Below, piece by piece: positions 28,923 to 38,097 of a stretch of DNA of 64,000 bases. A program made the position numbers and the translations under genes. Every line of letters starts with the position of its first letter. Within the stretch, counting starts at the first letter, position 1. This stretch comes from an uncultured Akkermansia sp. (GTDB lineage: Bacteria > Verrucomicrobiota > Verrucomicrobiia > Limisphaerales > UBA9464), in the NCBI GenBank assembly GCA_964430505.1, contig CAYSGH010000011.1:1589-65588 (forward strand). Direction: 5' to 3'. The notes under the pieces were generated by a model. It worked only from the letters and a program-made list of their open reading frames with translations, made no database searches and was not told where the DNA came from.

Positions 28923-29918
28923 ATGCCCACGCCCCTCAAGGACCCACCCAAGGCCGCCCAGGACATCCTCGGCCTCCTGCGTGCCGCCCGCTCCGTCTGT
29001 GTCGTGGGACACATCCGCCCCGATGGCGACTGCATCGGCTCGCAGCTCGGGCTGGCGCTGGCCCTCGAAGGCACCGGCAAGGACGTGACCGTCTGGAACC
29101 AAGACCCGGTCCCGCCCAAGCTCAGGTTCCTCGACCCCGAACGCCGCGTTCGCCGCCCTTCCTCCGGACACCGCTTCGACGTTGTCGTCGCCACCGACTG
29201 CGCTGCGCTCGACCGGTTGGGCGACGCCGAGCAGCACATCGGCGACCGCGGTGCGTTCGTGAACATCGACCATCACGCCTCGAACACCCGGTACGCCGAC
29301 GTCAACTGGGTGTCGCCCCGCGAGCCCAGCACCGGCGAGCTCGTCTTCGACCTGTGCAACTGGGCCGGATGGAAGATCACGCGTCCCATTGCGGATTGCC
29401 TCTTCACTGCCATCAGCACGGACACGGGCTCGTTCCAGTATCCGAGCACGACGCCGGACACGTTGCACACGGCGGCGGCCCTGGTGGAGCGGGGCGCCGG
29501 CCTCGGGAAGATTTGCGAGGAGGTGTACCAAAGCTTCCCCCTCACCCGCGTGAAGCTGCTGCGGCACGTCTATTCGAGCTTCCGACTCACCCACGGCGAC
29601 CGAACCGCCTACTTCTGGCTCCGGCAACGGGACTATTCCCGCGCCGGCGCGGCCACGGACGAGTCCGAGGGGCTGATCGACCATGTCCGCGCCATCGACG
29701 GCGTGCAGGTGGCGTTGGTGTTCGAGGAGATGGCGGAGGGCGTCACCCGGGTTTCTTGGCGATCCAAGAATCCCGCCGTGGACGTGTCCGCGCTCGCCAA
29801 GGCGCTCGGCGGGGGTGGTCACCGGGCCGCCGCCGGGGCGCGTGTGCCGGGGACTCCCTTGGGCGTCCAGCGCCGCGTCCTGGCCGCCGTGCGCAAGTCC
29901 CTCGACGCCGCGCGCTGA
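28923..29918 (+). CDS. nrnA: DHH-family phosphoesterase, NrnA-like oligoribonuclease/pAp phosphatase
   Basis: [29 protein letters not shown], the DHHA1-type [10 protein letters not shown], and its position between rbfA and truB. Confidence 0.8.
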   Translation: MPTPLKDPPKAAQDILGLLRAARSVCVVGHIRPDGDCIGSQLGLALALEGTGKDVTVWNQDPVPPKLRFLDPERRVRRPSSGHRFDVVVATDCAALDRLGDAEQHIGDRGAFVNIDHHASNTRYADVNWVSPREPSTGELVFDLCNWAGWKITRPIADCLFTAISTDTGSFQYPSTTPDTLHTAAALVERGAGLGKICEEVYQSFPLTRVKLLRHVYSSFRLTHGDRTAYFWLRQRDYSRAGAATDESEGLIDHVRAIDGVQVALVFEEMAEGVTRVSWRSKNPAVDVSALAKALGGGGHRAAAGARVPGTPLGVQRRVLAAVRKSLDAAR

Positions 29919-29957
29919 GCCCGCGCCTCATCCGGCATCCCCAGCTTTTGTCCTTTT

Positions 29958-30674
29958 ATGCTTTCAACCTCACCTCTCGACGGTGCCCTGGTCGTGGACA
30001 AGCCCTCCGGGTGCACCTCCCATGACGTCGTGGACCGCGTCCGCCGGCGCTTCCAAATCAAGAAGGTCGGCCATTGCGGCACGCTGGACCCCAACGCCAC
30101 GGGGCTTTTGGTCCTGCTATTGGGCCAGGCCACCCGCCTCTCGGAGAAGTTCATGGCGTCCGACAAGGTGTACGAGGGCGACATCAAGCTGGGTGAATCG
30201 ACGGACTCCTACGACGCCGACGGCAACGTGACCGGATCCTTGCCCGTGCCGCCGTTGACCCTTGAACAGCTGAACGAGGAGGCCCGCGGATTCCTCGGCG
30301 ACCAACAGCAGGTCCCCCCCATGGTCAGCGCCGTCAAGATCCAGGGCGTCCCGCTCTACAAGCTCGCGCGCAAGGGCCAGGAGGTCGAACGACAGCCCCG
30401 CTTCGTTCACATTTACTCCTTCAAGTTCTCTTCCTACGACGAGCCGGTCGCCCGCTTCCGCCTCGCTTGTACCAAGGGCACCTACGTCCGCACCGTCGCC
30501 CATGAGCTCGGCCAAAAGCTCGGCTGTGGCGCCCACCTGCTCACCCTGCGCCGCCTCGTCTCCGGCAAGTTCGACGTCGCCGATGCCACCCCGCTCCAGA
30601 CCATCCTCGGCTGGACCGAGCCCGAGCTGACCCGGCACGTGATCCCATTCCTCAAGCTCCGCGCTTACGAGTAG
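29958..30674 (+). CDS. truB: tRNA pseudouridine(55) synthase TruB
   Basis: [17 protein letters not shown]...[27 protein letters not shown]...[21 protein letters not shown]. Confidence 0.93.
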   Translation: MLSTSPLDGALVVDKPSGCTSHDVVDRVRRRFQIKKVGHCGTLDPNATGLLVLLLGQATRLSEKFMASDKVYEGDIKLGESTDSYDADGNVTGSLPVPPLTLEQLNEEARGFLGDQQQVPPMVSAVKIQGVPLYKLARKGQEVERQPRFVHIYSFKFSSYDEPVARFRLACTKGTYVRTVAHELGQKLGCGAHLLTLRRLVSGKFDVADATPLQTILGWTEPELTRHVIPFLKLRAYE

Positions 30675-30692
30675 GAGCCACCGTCGCCCGCC

Positions 30693-31619
30693 ATGCTCAC
30701 CCTTGCCGACCCCGCCGACCTCGGACGTCCGTCGGCCGGCGTTTGCATGGCCTTGGGCATGTTTGACGGCGTCCACCTGGGGCATCAGCACGTCGTCCGC
30801 CAAGCTGTCCTCGACGCCCGCGCCCTCGGCGCCGTCCCTGTCGCCGTCACGTTCCATCCCCATCCCCTCGCCGTCGTCCATCCCGAACGCGCGCCGCGCC
30901 TGCTCCAGTCCCCGGCCCAACGCCTCCGCGCGCTCGCCGCCCTCGGCATCGACGCCGCCCTGCTCCTCCGTTTCGACCCGGACCTCGCCGCCATCGACGG
31001 CCCCGGCTTCATCCAGCGCATGGCGGACGGCTTCGGAAGGCTGCGCAGCGTCACCGTGGGCCAAGGATTTCACTTCGGCCGCGGTCGCACCGGCAACGTC
31101 CCCCTCCTCCGCACGCTCGGGCGCACGCTTGGCTTTGCCACGCATGCCGTCGCACCCATCCACATCGGCCATGAACGCGTTTCCTCGACCCGCGTGCGTG
31201 CCGCCCTGCGCGAGGGCCGCCTCGGGCTGGCGGGGGAACTCCTCGGCCGGCCCTACGCCCTCGGCGGCGTCGTGGTCGTCGGGCGCCAGCTCGGTCGTCG
31301 GCTTGGGTTCCCCACGGCGAACGTGGACGTGACCGGACTCGAATTGCCGCCTTTCGGCGTCTATGCCGCGCGCGCGGACATGGATGGCACCCGGCACCGC
31401 GCCGTCATCAACGTGGGGCAACGTCCCACCGTCGAGGGTGGCAACCCGGCCCCGCTCCTTGAAGTCCATCTCCTTGACGCCCAACTCGACCTCTACGGTC
31501 GCGAGCTGGAGGTGGAGCCCGTCCAGATGCTTCGCCCGGAGCGGCGCTTTCCATCCGTCGAGGCGCTGCGGGAACAAATCGGCCGGGATGCCGATGCCGC
31601 GCGCGACGCCTTGGGTTGA
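30693..31619 (+). CDS. ribF: Bifunctional riboflavin kinase / FMN adenylyltransferase
   Basis: ALGMFDGVHLGHQHVV, ISSTRVR-like VSSTRVRAAL, GRRLGFPTANV and LLEVHLLD...YGRELEVE motifs. Confidence 0.93.
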   Translation: MLTLADPADLGRPSAGVCMALGMFDGVHLGHQHVVRQAVLDARALGAVPVAVTFHPHPLAVVHPERAPRLLQSPAQRLRALAALGIDAALLLRFDPDLAAIDGPGFIQRMADGFGRLRSVTVGQGFHFGRGRTGNVPLLRTLGRTLGFATHAVAPIHIGHERVSSTRVRAALREGRLGLAGELLGRPYALGGVVVVGRQLGRRLGFPTANVDVTGLELPPFGVYAARADMDGTRHRAVINVGQRPTVEGGNPAPLLEVHLLDAQLDLYGRELEVEPVQMLRPERRFPSVEALREQIGRDADAARDALG

Positions 31620-31620
31620 G

Positions 31621-31635
31621 GCCCGGCACCCGGGC
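31621..31635. terminator. GC hairpin exactly filling the gap between convergent ribF and the DUF3445 gene (possible bidirectional terminator)
   Basis: GCCCGG-CAC-CCGGGC forms a 6-bp perfect stem. It sits 1 nt after the ribF TGA (31617-31619) and abuts the minus-strand stop (31636-31638). There is no U-tract. Confidence 0.3.
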
Positions 31636-32481
31636 TTACGTGGGCGTCAGGCCTTTCCGGAGCAGGCGTTCCCGCAAGGGAGCCACCCCCTTGTACGTGG
31701 CCACTTCTGCCGACATGGACGCCACCATGCGCCACGGCGCGTCGCCGCAGCCCGTGGCCGAAATGAAATCGTCCAGGCGCCACGTGCGAACATGGATCAG
31801 GAACAACGCCATCCCTTCGCCCAGCCCCACAAACGCCTGTTCCTCCAATCGAAACCACAACCCATCCGCCCCCTCCTCCCCACGAATCCTCGGGACATCG
31901 CCGTCCGGGTGCAGGTCCAGCCGACCTGTTGCCGCCAGGCCCCAGTTGTCCCGCTCCAACACGTCCCCTGCCTGCAGGCCTCCCAGGAACCGGTCGATCC
32001 GCACGCCCAAGTCGTCGTTCAACCCCGGCACCGGCCCGTGGATGAACCCCACCGTTCCACACAGCTTCTCCAACGGGTCCCATCCCGAGGGAAAGCACAC
32101 CGCGCCGCCCACCATCCGCAATCCGTCTCCCATCGAACGCAACAGGACGAAGTCGGGAGCCCACGCTGACGCGACGGCACGGGCACGTTCGTGCGGCGTG
32201 CGAAGGCCTTGCCCGACGATGCGGAGGTCCGGCTCCAGGTGGGTCTCCACCCGTTCCCAGGCCGCGTCGGCTGCGGGCGTCCACGGCATGGCCCAACGCT
32301 CCTCCAGCAAGGCGCGGCGTCGTTCCAGCACGGCTGCGTCACCGTCCGAAACGCCCAGCCACCCAGGCCGCGCCGGCCTCAGCGCAAAACGAAATCGAAA
32401 CGCGTCGCCCTGCATCCCTGCCGCCAGCCCCGGCCAAGGCTGCCGGGCGGCAAACGTCATCCGTTCTTCCAAATCAGCCAT
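31636..32481 (-). CDS. DUF3445 family protein (heme-dependent oxidative N-demethylase alpha-like)
   Basis: ATG at 32481. GGAVCFPSGWDPLEKLCGTVGFIHGPVPGLND...RDNWGL resembles the DUF3445 core. Confidence 0.55.
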   Translation of the reverse strand: MADLEERMTFAARQPWPGLAAGMQGDAFRFRFALRPARPGWLGVSDGDAAVLERRRALLEERWAMPWTPAADAAWERVETHLEPDLRIVGQGLRTPHERARAVASAWAPDFVLLRSMGDGLRMVGGAVCFPSGWDPLEKLCGTVGFIHGPVPGLNDDLGVRIDRFLGGLQAGDVLERDNWGLAATGRLDLHPDGDVPRIRGEEGADGLWFRLEEQAFVGLGEGMALFLIHVRTWRLDDFISATGCGDAPWRMVASMSAEVATYKGVAPLRERLLRKGLTPT

Positions 32482-32495
32482 GAAATGGGCGCTCC

Positions 32496-33197
32496 TCAGT
32501 CCGGTGCGGTCCCGCTGCCCGCCCGCCTCCGGGCATGTTCCCGTCCAAAGCATTGCTCCAGGAACCGCGCGATGTACTGGACCTCCGTCCGTCCGGCGAC
32601 GGTGTGTTCCTTCTCGAATTCCTGCCACAACAGGTCAAAGCCCGCATCCCGGAGCGCCGTCGCGTGGGGACGCACATGCTCGATGCCGAGAAGCGGATCC
32701 AACGTCCCATGGGTCATCAGCACCGGCACGCCGCGCGCATGACCGGGCGCGCCGGACCTCAGCGCGTCCGGCCGATGCACCCAGCCGCTGATGCCCACGA
32801 GGCCCGCCAACGGCTCCGCATGGCGCAGGCCCGTCTCCAACGTCATGAGGCAACCCTGCGAAAACCCCAGGATCGCAATGTCCCGCGCGCCGCGGCCTGC
32901 CGCCTTCTCGCGCGCCAGCACGTCCTCGATCATCCGTCGGGACCGCTCCACCGCCGTCGCATCGATGGCCGGCAACTCCCCTGTGAATCGCCCGTCCATG
33001 GGAAGCGAGATCCCAAACCAACTGTGCCCGTCGAAGTAGGCGTCGGGGGCATCCAGCAACAGGTACTCCAACCACGGGAGCTGCAGTTCGCCCGGAAGCC
33101 ATTCCCACCCGGCCGACGAGTCACCCAGCCCGTGCAACACGATCAGCAACGGGCCCGGCCCCTCGCCCGGGGTCCCCATGCGCATGCCGTTCAACAT
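32496..33197 (-). CDS. Alpha/beta hydrolase, phospholipase/carboxylesterase family
   Basis: ATG at 33197. It has LLIVLHGLGDS, the nucleophile elbow ILGFSQGC, and later THGTLDP and His-containing motifs. Its stop is 14 nt upstream of the DUF3445 gene start. Confidence 0.8.
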   Translation of the reverse strand: MLNGMRMGTPGEGPGPLLIVLHGLGDSSAGWEWLPGELQLPWLEYLLLDAPDAYFDGHSWFGISLPMDGRFTGELPAIDATAVERSRRMIEDVLAREKAAGRGARDIAILGFSQGCLMTLETGLRHAEPLAGLVGISGWVHRPDALRSGAPGHARGVPVLMTHGTLDPLLGIEHVRPHATALRDAGFDLLWQEFEKEHTVAGRTEVQYIARFLEQCFGREHARRRAGSGTAPD

Positions 33198-33292
33198 GAT
33201 GGCAAGCGTGGGCGCGCGGCGGCGAATGGCGAGCGGTGAATGGCGAGCGAAGCGCGGCCGGCGGGCCGCGGATCCATGTGCGAGCGATCCCC

Positions 33293-34192
33293 CTAGAACC
33301 GGACCTGCGACAGGTACTGGAGCGACAGGGGGATGTGATCGGCGGCGTCCATGCTTTCGTCCTCGATGAAGTAATGGCGGACGCCCGACTTCTTGGCGGC
33401 GGCGAGGATGACGGGCCAGTTCATTTGCCCGGTGCCCAGGACGACGTCGTTGTTGGGGTCCGTCCCGCCCGAGTGCGAGCCGGTGGCGACGCCCTTTTTG
33501 AGGTCCTTGAGGTGCATGAGATGCCAGCGGCCGGGGTACTTCAGAAGCCACGCGGCCGGGTCCTGTCCCGGGAACTGAACCCACATGACATCCATCTGGA
33601 AGCTCACGAGGGCGGGGTCTGTCTCCTGGATGAGGACGTCCATGGCCATCTTTCCCGCGCCGCCTGAGTCGGGGCGGAACTCGAATCCGTGGCAGTGGTA
33701 GAAGCAGCGCAGGCCTTGGTCGCGGAAGACCTTGCCGGCCTCGTTCAGGACCTTGGCGGCACGCGAGGCCTGCGGCGCGTCAAAGGCCCCCTTGTGCGGG
33801 ATGGCAGCGCATCCGGTGTAGCGCAGCCCCAGCAGCTTGGCCTCGGCCGCCACCTTGGCGGGCTCCTTCTCCAGCCGGTCGAAGCCCACGTGCTGGCTCA
33901 CGGGATCGAGCCCGGCCTTGAGCAACAGGTCGCGGAAGGCCTCGGGCTTGAAGTTGTACGTGCCGGCCAGCTCGACCTCGCGGATGCCGTACCCGGCCAC
34001 CTTCTGGACCGTGCCGGGGACGTCGCGCGGGAACAGGGCGCGCAGGCTGTACAATTGCAGGCCCACCGGGCCCTTGAAGCTGGGGCCGGTGCCCACGGGG
34101 GCTGGGCCGGTGGCGCAGCCGGTGGCCAGGGCGGCGGTGGCGAGGGAACCGGCGGCGAGGAAACGGCGACGTGACAACTCTTGTGTGTGCAT
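33293..34192 (-). CDS. Sugar phosphate isomerase/epimerase (xylose-isomerase-like TIM barrel), Tat-exported
   Basis: It has Tat signal SRRRFLAAGSLATAALATGC, then GLQLYSLR and YGIREVELAG, HCHGFEF, DVMW and IEDES motifs. Confidence 0.8.
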   Translation of the reverse strand: MHTQELSRRRFLAAGSLATAALATGCATGPAPVGTGPSFKGPVGLQLYSLRALFPRDVPGTVQKVAGYGIREVELAGTYNFKPEAFRDLLLKAGLDPVSQHVGFDRLEKEPAKVAAEAKLLGLRYTGCAAIPHKGAFDAPQASRAAKVLNEAGKVFRDQGLRCFYHCHGFEFRPDSGGAGKMAMDVLIQETDPALVSFQMDVMWVQFPGQDPAAWLLKYPGRWHLMHLKDLKKGVATGSHSGGTDPNNDVVLGTGQMNWPVILAAAKKSGVRHYFIEDESMDAADHIPLSLQYLSQVRF

Positions 34193-34246
34193 GGAGCGCC
34201 TTCATTGGGAAGGGAAGCCGCGCCATGGTCAAGCCATGGACCGCCG

Positions 34247-34951
34247 TCAACGCCGACGATACACCGCCACGTAGGCGAGGACGGTCTCGCGGCCGAGGCG
34301 GGCGAGCGGCCCGGCCAGGTGCTGGAGCAACAAGAAGGGCACATAGGCCAAGGGTGCCAGCACACGCCAGGCGCCGCCGCGCTCGTTCAAGATCGCCAGT
34401 TGACCCGTCAGCAAGGTGATCACCGCAGCCACGGAGCCGCCTGTCCGCCAGTGTCCCAGCGGCTCCAACCCGGCCTCGACCGCCATCCGGTCCATCGCAT
34501 GATGCGTGTAGCGAAAGAAGTCATGGGGCTCCTCGTGCAGCGGGAAAATGAACGGCCATGACAGGAAGACGCGCCCGCCCGGCCTAGTCACCCGGGCGAG
34601 CTCCGAAAGCGCCCGTCGCGGCTCCGGATGGTGCTCCAGCACCTCGAAGGCCGCCGCGTGATCGTAGCTCGCGTCCGCGAACGGCAACCTCCACGTCCTC
34701 GGGTAGTCCGCCGGGAACTCAAGGTCCGGCCGCCCCGCCGCGAAGTCCTTGTTGATCGAGTAGCCCCCAAAGTCGATGCCGTCGTACCGCTCGATCCCGG
34801 GGAACAGGTCCCGGTGGGGCTTCTGGCCGCAACCGACGTCAATCAGGGACCCCGTCGGCGGCGCGGCCGCCACGGCCAGGCGGATGGCCCGCCGTTGCAA
34901 GCGCCGCATCAGGAAGTAGGGCGATGCCAAGCCCCGAAGGTTCATGGACAT
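34247..34951 (-). CDS. Class I SAM-dependent methyltransferase with hydrophobic C-terminal tail
   Basis: ATG at 34951 inside ORF 34247..35539. It has motif I LIDVGCGQKP, then AFEVLEHHPEP and TRPGGRVFLSWP. The C-terminus has two hydrophobic segments. Confidence 0.75.
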   Translation of the reverse strand: MSMNLRGLASPYFLMRRLQRRAIRLAVAAAPPTGSLIDVGCGQKPHRDLFPGIERYDGIDFGGYSINKDFAAGRPDLEFPADYPRTWRLPFADASYDHAAAFEVLEHHPEPRRALSELARVTRPGGRVFLSWPFIFPLHEEPHDFFRYTHHAMDRMAVEAGLEPLGHWRTGGSVAAVITLLTGQLAILNERGGAWRVLAPLAYVPFLLLQHLAGPLARLGRETVLAYVAVYRRR

Positions 34952-35022
34952 GCAGGGACCTTGCGCCAGACCCCTTGTCCCGTGGAGCAAAACCTCCGAC
35001 GGCCACCGAACCACTCCCTTCC

Positions 35023-35553
35023 TCAGCGATTCAGGAACGGCAACGAACGGTCCCGGTCTGAAATCACCGAGGGTGCCAGCGGCCAGCGAACGTCCACGGT
35101 GGGGTCGTCCCAGCGAAGCCCCCGCGCCAACTCGGGGTCGTAGGCGGCGGACATCAGGTAGTTCAGCTCCACGTCGTCGGCGAGGCACTGGAACCCGTGG
35201 GCGCACCCCACGGGGATGTAGATCTCGACCGGGCGCTCCTCCGAGAGCTCGAACGCGACCCATTGCCCGAACGTGGGGGACGCGGGCCGGACATCGACGA
35301 CGACGTCCCAGGCGACGCCTCGGGAGCATCGGACGAGCTTGGCCTCGGGCTGGGGTTCGGCCTGCCAATGCAGGCCGCGGATGGAGCCGCGTGCGCGCGT
35401 GCGTGTGGTGTTCGCCTGCGGCCATCGCACGTTGAGCCCATGGCGCGCGAACGCCTCCTCGCAGTACGTGCGAACGAGCCAGCCGCGGTCGTCCCCGCGC
35501 GGCTCCAAGGCGATCTCCCAGACGCCATCGATGGAGCAAGGGTGGAAGGTCAT
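35023..35553 (-). CDS. rfbC: dTDP-4-dehydrorhamnose 3,5-epimerase (RmlC-type cupin)
   Basis: DDRGWLVRTY, GSIRGLHWQ, KLVRCSRGVAWDVVVDVR, IYIPVGCAHGFQCL and YDPELARGLRWDDP. Confidence 0.88.
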   Translation of the reverse strand: MTFHPCSIDGVWEIALEPRGDDRGWLVRTYCEEAFARHGLNVRWPQANTTRTRARGSIRGLHWQAEPQPEAKLVRCSRGVAWDVVVDVRPASPTFGQWVAFELSEERPVEIYIPVGCAHGFQCLADDVELNYLMSAAYDPELARGLRWDDPTVDVRWPLAPSVISDRDRSLPFLNR

Positions 35554-35557
35554 GGGG

Positions 35558-37945
35558 CTATTCCTGCGGATACAGCAGGATGCGGTCGTGCACGAGCAGG
35601 ACGAGGTCGGGCTTGCCGTCGCCGGTGAACTCGGCGACGAGCGCCTCGCGGGGCTCCGGAGCCTCCACGGGGCGCCGTTGACGAAAGGTGCGTTCCTCGA
35701 AGACCTGCCAGCGCGTGGCGGGGCTCAGCGTGTGGGGTTTCTCGAAGGTGACGATGTCCACGTAGGCCTTGGTGGTCTCCAGGAAGACGAGGTCGAGGCG
35801 ACGGTCTTGGTTCAGGTCGCCCGCGATCACGTCATGGAGGAAGCCGTCCTTGACCGGCGTCTCGTACCCGTCGAGCTCGCCCAGCTCCCAGGACTCGCCG
35901 GAGAACTGCTTCCATGCCACGCCGTTGGCCCCGAGGAACGCAATGGCGTTGGGGCCGGCCTCGACGTCGGCCCCGAGGGCGACGGGCGCGAGGGATGCGA
36001 AGTCGGTGACGGGCAAGGAAAGGGTTTTCCCAGCCTGCCAGACCCCGGCGTCGTTGCGCGTGCACAAGGTCAGGCCCTTGCGGTCCATGTCGAAGAGGAA
36101 CAACGCCGGGGACTTGCTGCCGGGCACGGGCAACGCGGCGGCCCCGACGATGCGGGAGCTGCTGCTGGCGCCGTTGATCTGGTCGCGCACGGTGAAGTTC
36201 CACGAGGCGTCGTTGCCCGCCGTGCCTTGCAGGACGACGGCGCGCACGAAGTTCTTCTGGGCAAGCAGGAGCTCCGGCCTGCCGTCGGCGTCGGCGTCGG
36301 CCAAGGCGAGCCAAGGGGCGTCGCTCGTGCCGCCGGGGGGGTTGACGTCGATTTCCTCGAACCGCTGGCCGTCCTTGGGCTGCGGGCGTTGCCGCAGGAC
36401 CTTGATCTTCTCGTAGGGCGTGAGGATGACGATGTCCGCAAGGCCATCTTGGTCGGCGTCATGGAACGCGACGGCGGAAGGGTTGCCCTTGAACGACTCG
36501 GCCAAGGGTTGCACGAGCGTCTTCTTGTCGGGCCCCACGAGGACAATCTCGCGCAACGGCCCCGCGTCCGCCTTGGCATCCTTGCCCCGGCGTTCCTCCC
36601 GCTCGGTGACGATGGCGACGACGGGCTCATCTTGGCTGAGGCGGCCCGCCGCCATCGCGAGGGGCTTGCCCGGAAGGCTCAACGGGCTGGGGAACGCCAC
36701 GCGCCCGGACTTCTCCACCTTCGCAAGCCCCACCTGCTTCTCGTCGGGGCTCAGCATGAACAACTCCGGCGCGCCATCGCGATCCCAGTCGATGCTGGCG
36801 ATGTCGGTGATGCCGCTGAAGGCGGGATAGGTGCGGGGCGAGGCCAGGGTGCCATCGGGCTGCTGGCCATGGACCAGGAGCTGGCCCCCCTCGGGATCGG
36901 CCACGAGCAGGTCGGGCCGCCGGTCGCCGTTGATGTCCGCCCAGGCGACGCCGCGGCGGGACTTGTCCGTGCGGGGAAGGGGCAACACGGAGAAGGGGCC
37001 ATCCAGCAGCGAGCCGGCCGCGGCCTCGCCCTTCTTGCGGCGGACGTTGCTCACGGCGGCGCGCCCGGACTTGGCGGCGATGGTGACGAACTCGGTGCGG
37101 CGGTCGCCGTCGAGGTCCTCGGCCGTATAGGAGCGGACGGGCGCGAAGGGAAGGTGCGTCTCCGGGCCGAGCTGTCCCTGCGCGTCCTGGAGCCGAAAGC
37201 GGAACGGGTTGGGATGATCCCAGTTCACCAGCAGGAGGTCCTGGCGCCCGTCGCCGTCAACGTCGTGGACCTGCACGGCCTTGACGGTGCCCGTGTAGGG
37301 AATCTTGACGGCGTCGGCGAGGGTGTGGTCGGGGCGTTGGCGGAGGAAGTGGACGTGCTTCTCGGCGAGCAGAAGGAGGTCGGGCAGCCCGTCGCCGTTG
37401 AGGTCGCCGGACGCGAGGGCATTGGCGTCGAGGAGCCCGTCGCCGAGGTCCATGCGGCGCGGGAGCGACCAGGCATTGGTGCCTTGGTTGAGCTGGATCA
37501 CCAGCTCCTTGGGCTCGCCGAAGTAGGCAAGGTCGGGACGGGCATCGCCGTTGAGGTCGGCGACGACCAACGACGAGATGCGCTTCTCGGAGGAGATGCT
37601 GTCGATGCGGAAGCGGGCGTCCGGCGGGAGCTCGTTCACGTCACGGCGTCCGACGGCGGGCTTGGTGGCGTTGCGGGCCTTGCCAGGCGCGTTGGTGAGC
37701 CCCGTCTGGTTGTAGAGGAGGGTGATCTTGGACCGCGCGTTGTTCACCACGACCAGGTCGTTGCGTCCGTCGCCGTCGAGGTCGGCCGACCGCAGGAAGT
37801 CGATGCCAGCATCCACGGGGAAGATCTCGGGCCCCAAGAACCCGAAGCGCGGCTCGGCGCCCTCCGGCGCGGCCGTGGCGACGAGCGTCGTGACGGCCAT
37901 GGCCATGGCCGCGGGCAATAGGGGGTGGGAAGGGCGGTCGCGCAT
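35558..37945 (-). CDS. FG-GAP/VCBS repeat secreted protein
   Basis: ATG at 37945 with a signal peptide. It has many repeats of the type DLDGDGRNDLVVVN, DLNGDARPDLAYF, DLNGDGLPDLLLL, DVDGDGRQDLLLVN, DINGDRRPDLLVAD and DADADGRPELLLA. Its stop is 4 nt upstream of the rfbC start. Confidence 0.85.
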   Translation of the reverse strand: MRDRPSHPLLPAAMAMAVTTLVATAAPEGAEPRFGFLGPEIFPVDAGIDFLRSADLDGDGRNDLVVVNNARSKITLLYNQTGLTNAPGKARNATKPAVGRRDVNELPPDARFRIDSISSEKRISSLVVADLNGDARPDLAYFGEPKELVIQLNQGTNAWSLPRRMDLGDGLLDANALASGDLNGDGLPDLLLLAEKHVHFLRQRPDHTLADAVKIPYTGTVKAVQVHDVDGDGRQDLLLVNWDHPNPFRFRLQDAQGQLGPETHLPFAPVRSYTAEDLDGDRRTEFVTIAAKSGRAAVSNVRRKKGEAAAGSLLDGPFSVLPLPRTDKSRRGVAWADINGDRRPDLLVADPEGGQLLVHGQQPDGTLASPRTYPAFSGITDIASIDWDRDGAPELFMLSPDEKQVGLAKVEKSGRVAFPSPLSLPGKPLAMAAGRLSQDEPVVAIVTEREERRGKDAKADAGPLREIVLVGPDKKTLVQPLAESFKGNPSAVAFHDADQDGLADIVILTPYEKIKVLRQRPQPKDGQRFEEIDVNPPGGTSDAPWLALADADADGRPELLLAQKNFVRAVVLQGTAGNDASWNFTVRDQINGASSSSRIVGAAALPVPGSKSPALFLFDMDRKGLTLCTRNDAGVWQAGKTLSLPVTDFASLAPVALGADVEAGPNAIAFLGANGVAWKQFSGESWELGELDGYETPVKDGFLHDVIAGDLNQDRRLDLVFLETTKAYVDIVTFEKPHTLSPATRWQVFEERTFRQRRPVEAPEPREALVAEFTGDGKPDLVLLVHDRILLYPQE

Positions 37946-38097
37946 TGCGTCAGAGCTTGTTCGGATGGAAGGGGGATTCAAGCGCGCCTTCCCATGCTTG
38001 GCCTGCACGACCTCACGCGGAGCATGGGTGGGGCGGTCCCGAACGGGCGGGACCGCCCGCCAGCGGCGCGGACGGCCGGTGGGCACGGGCGTGCCGC

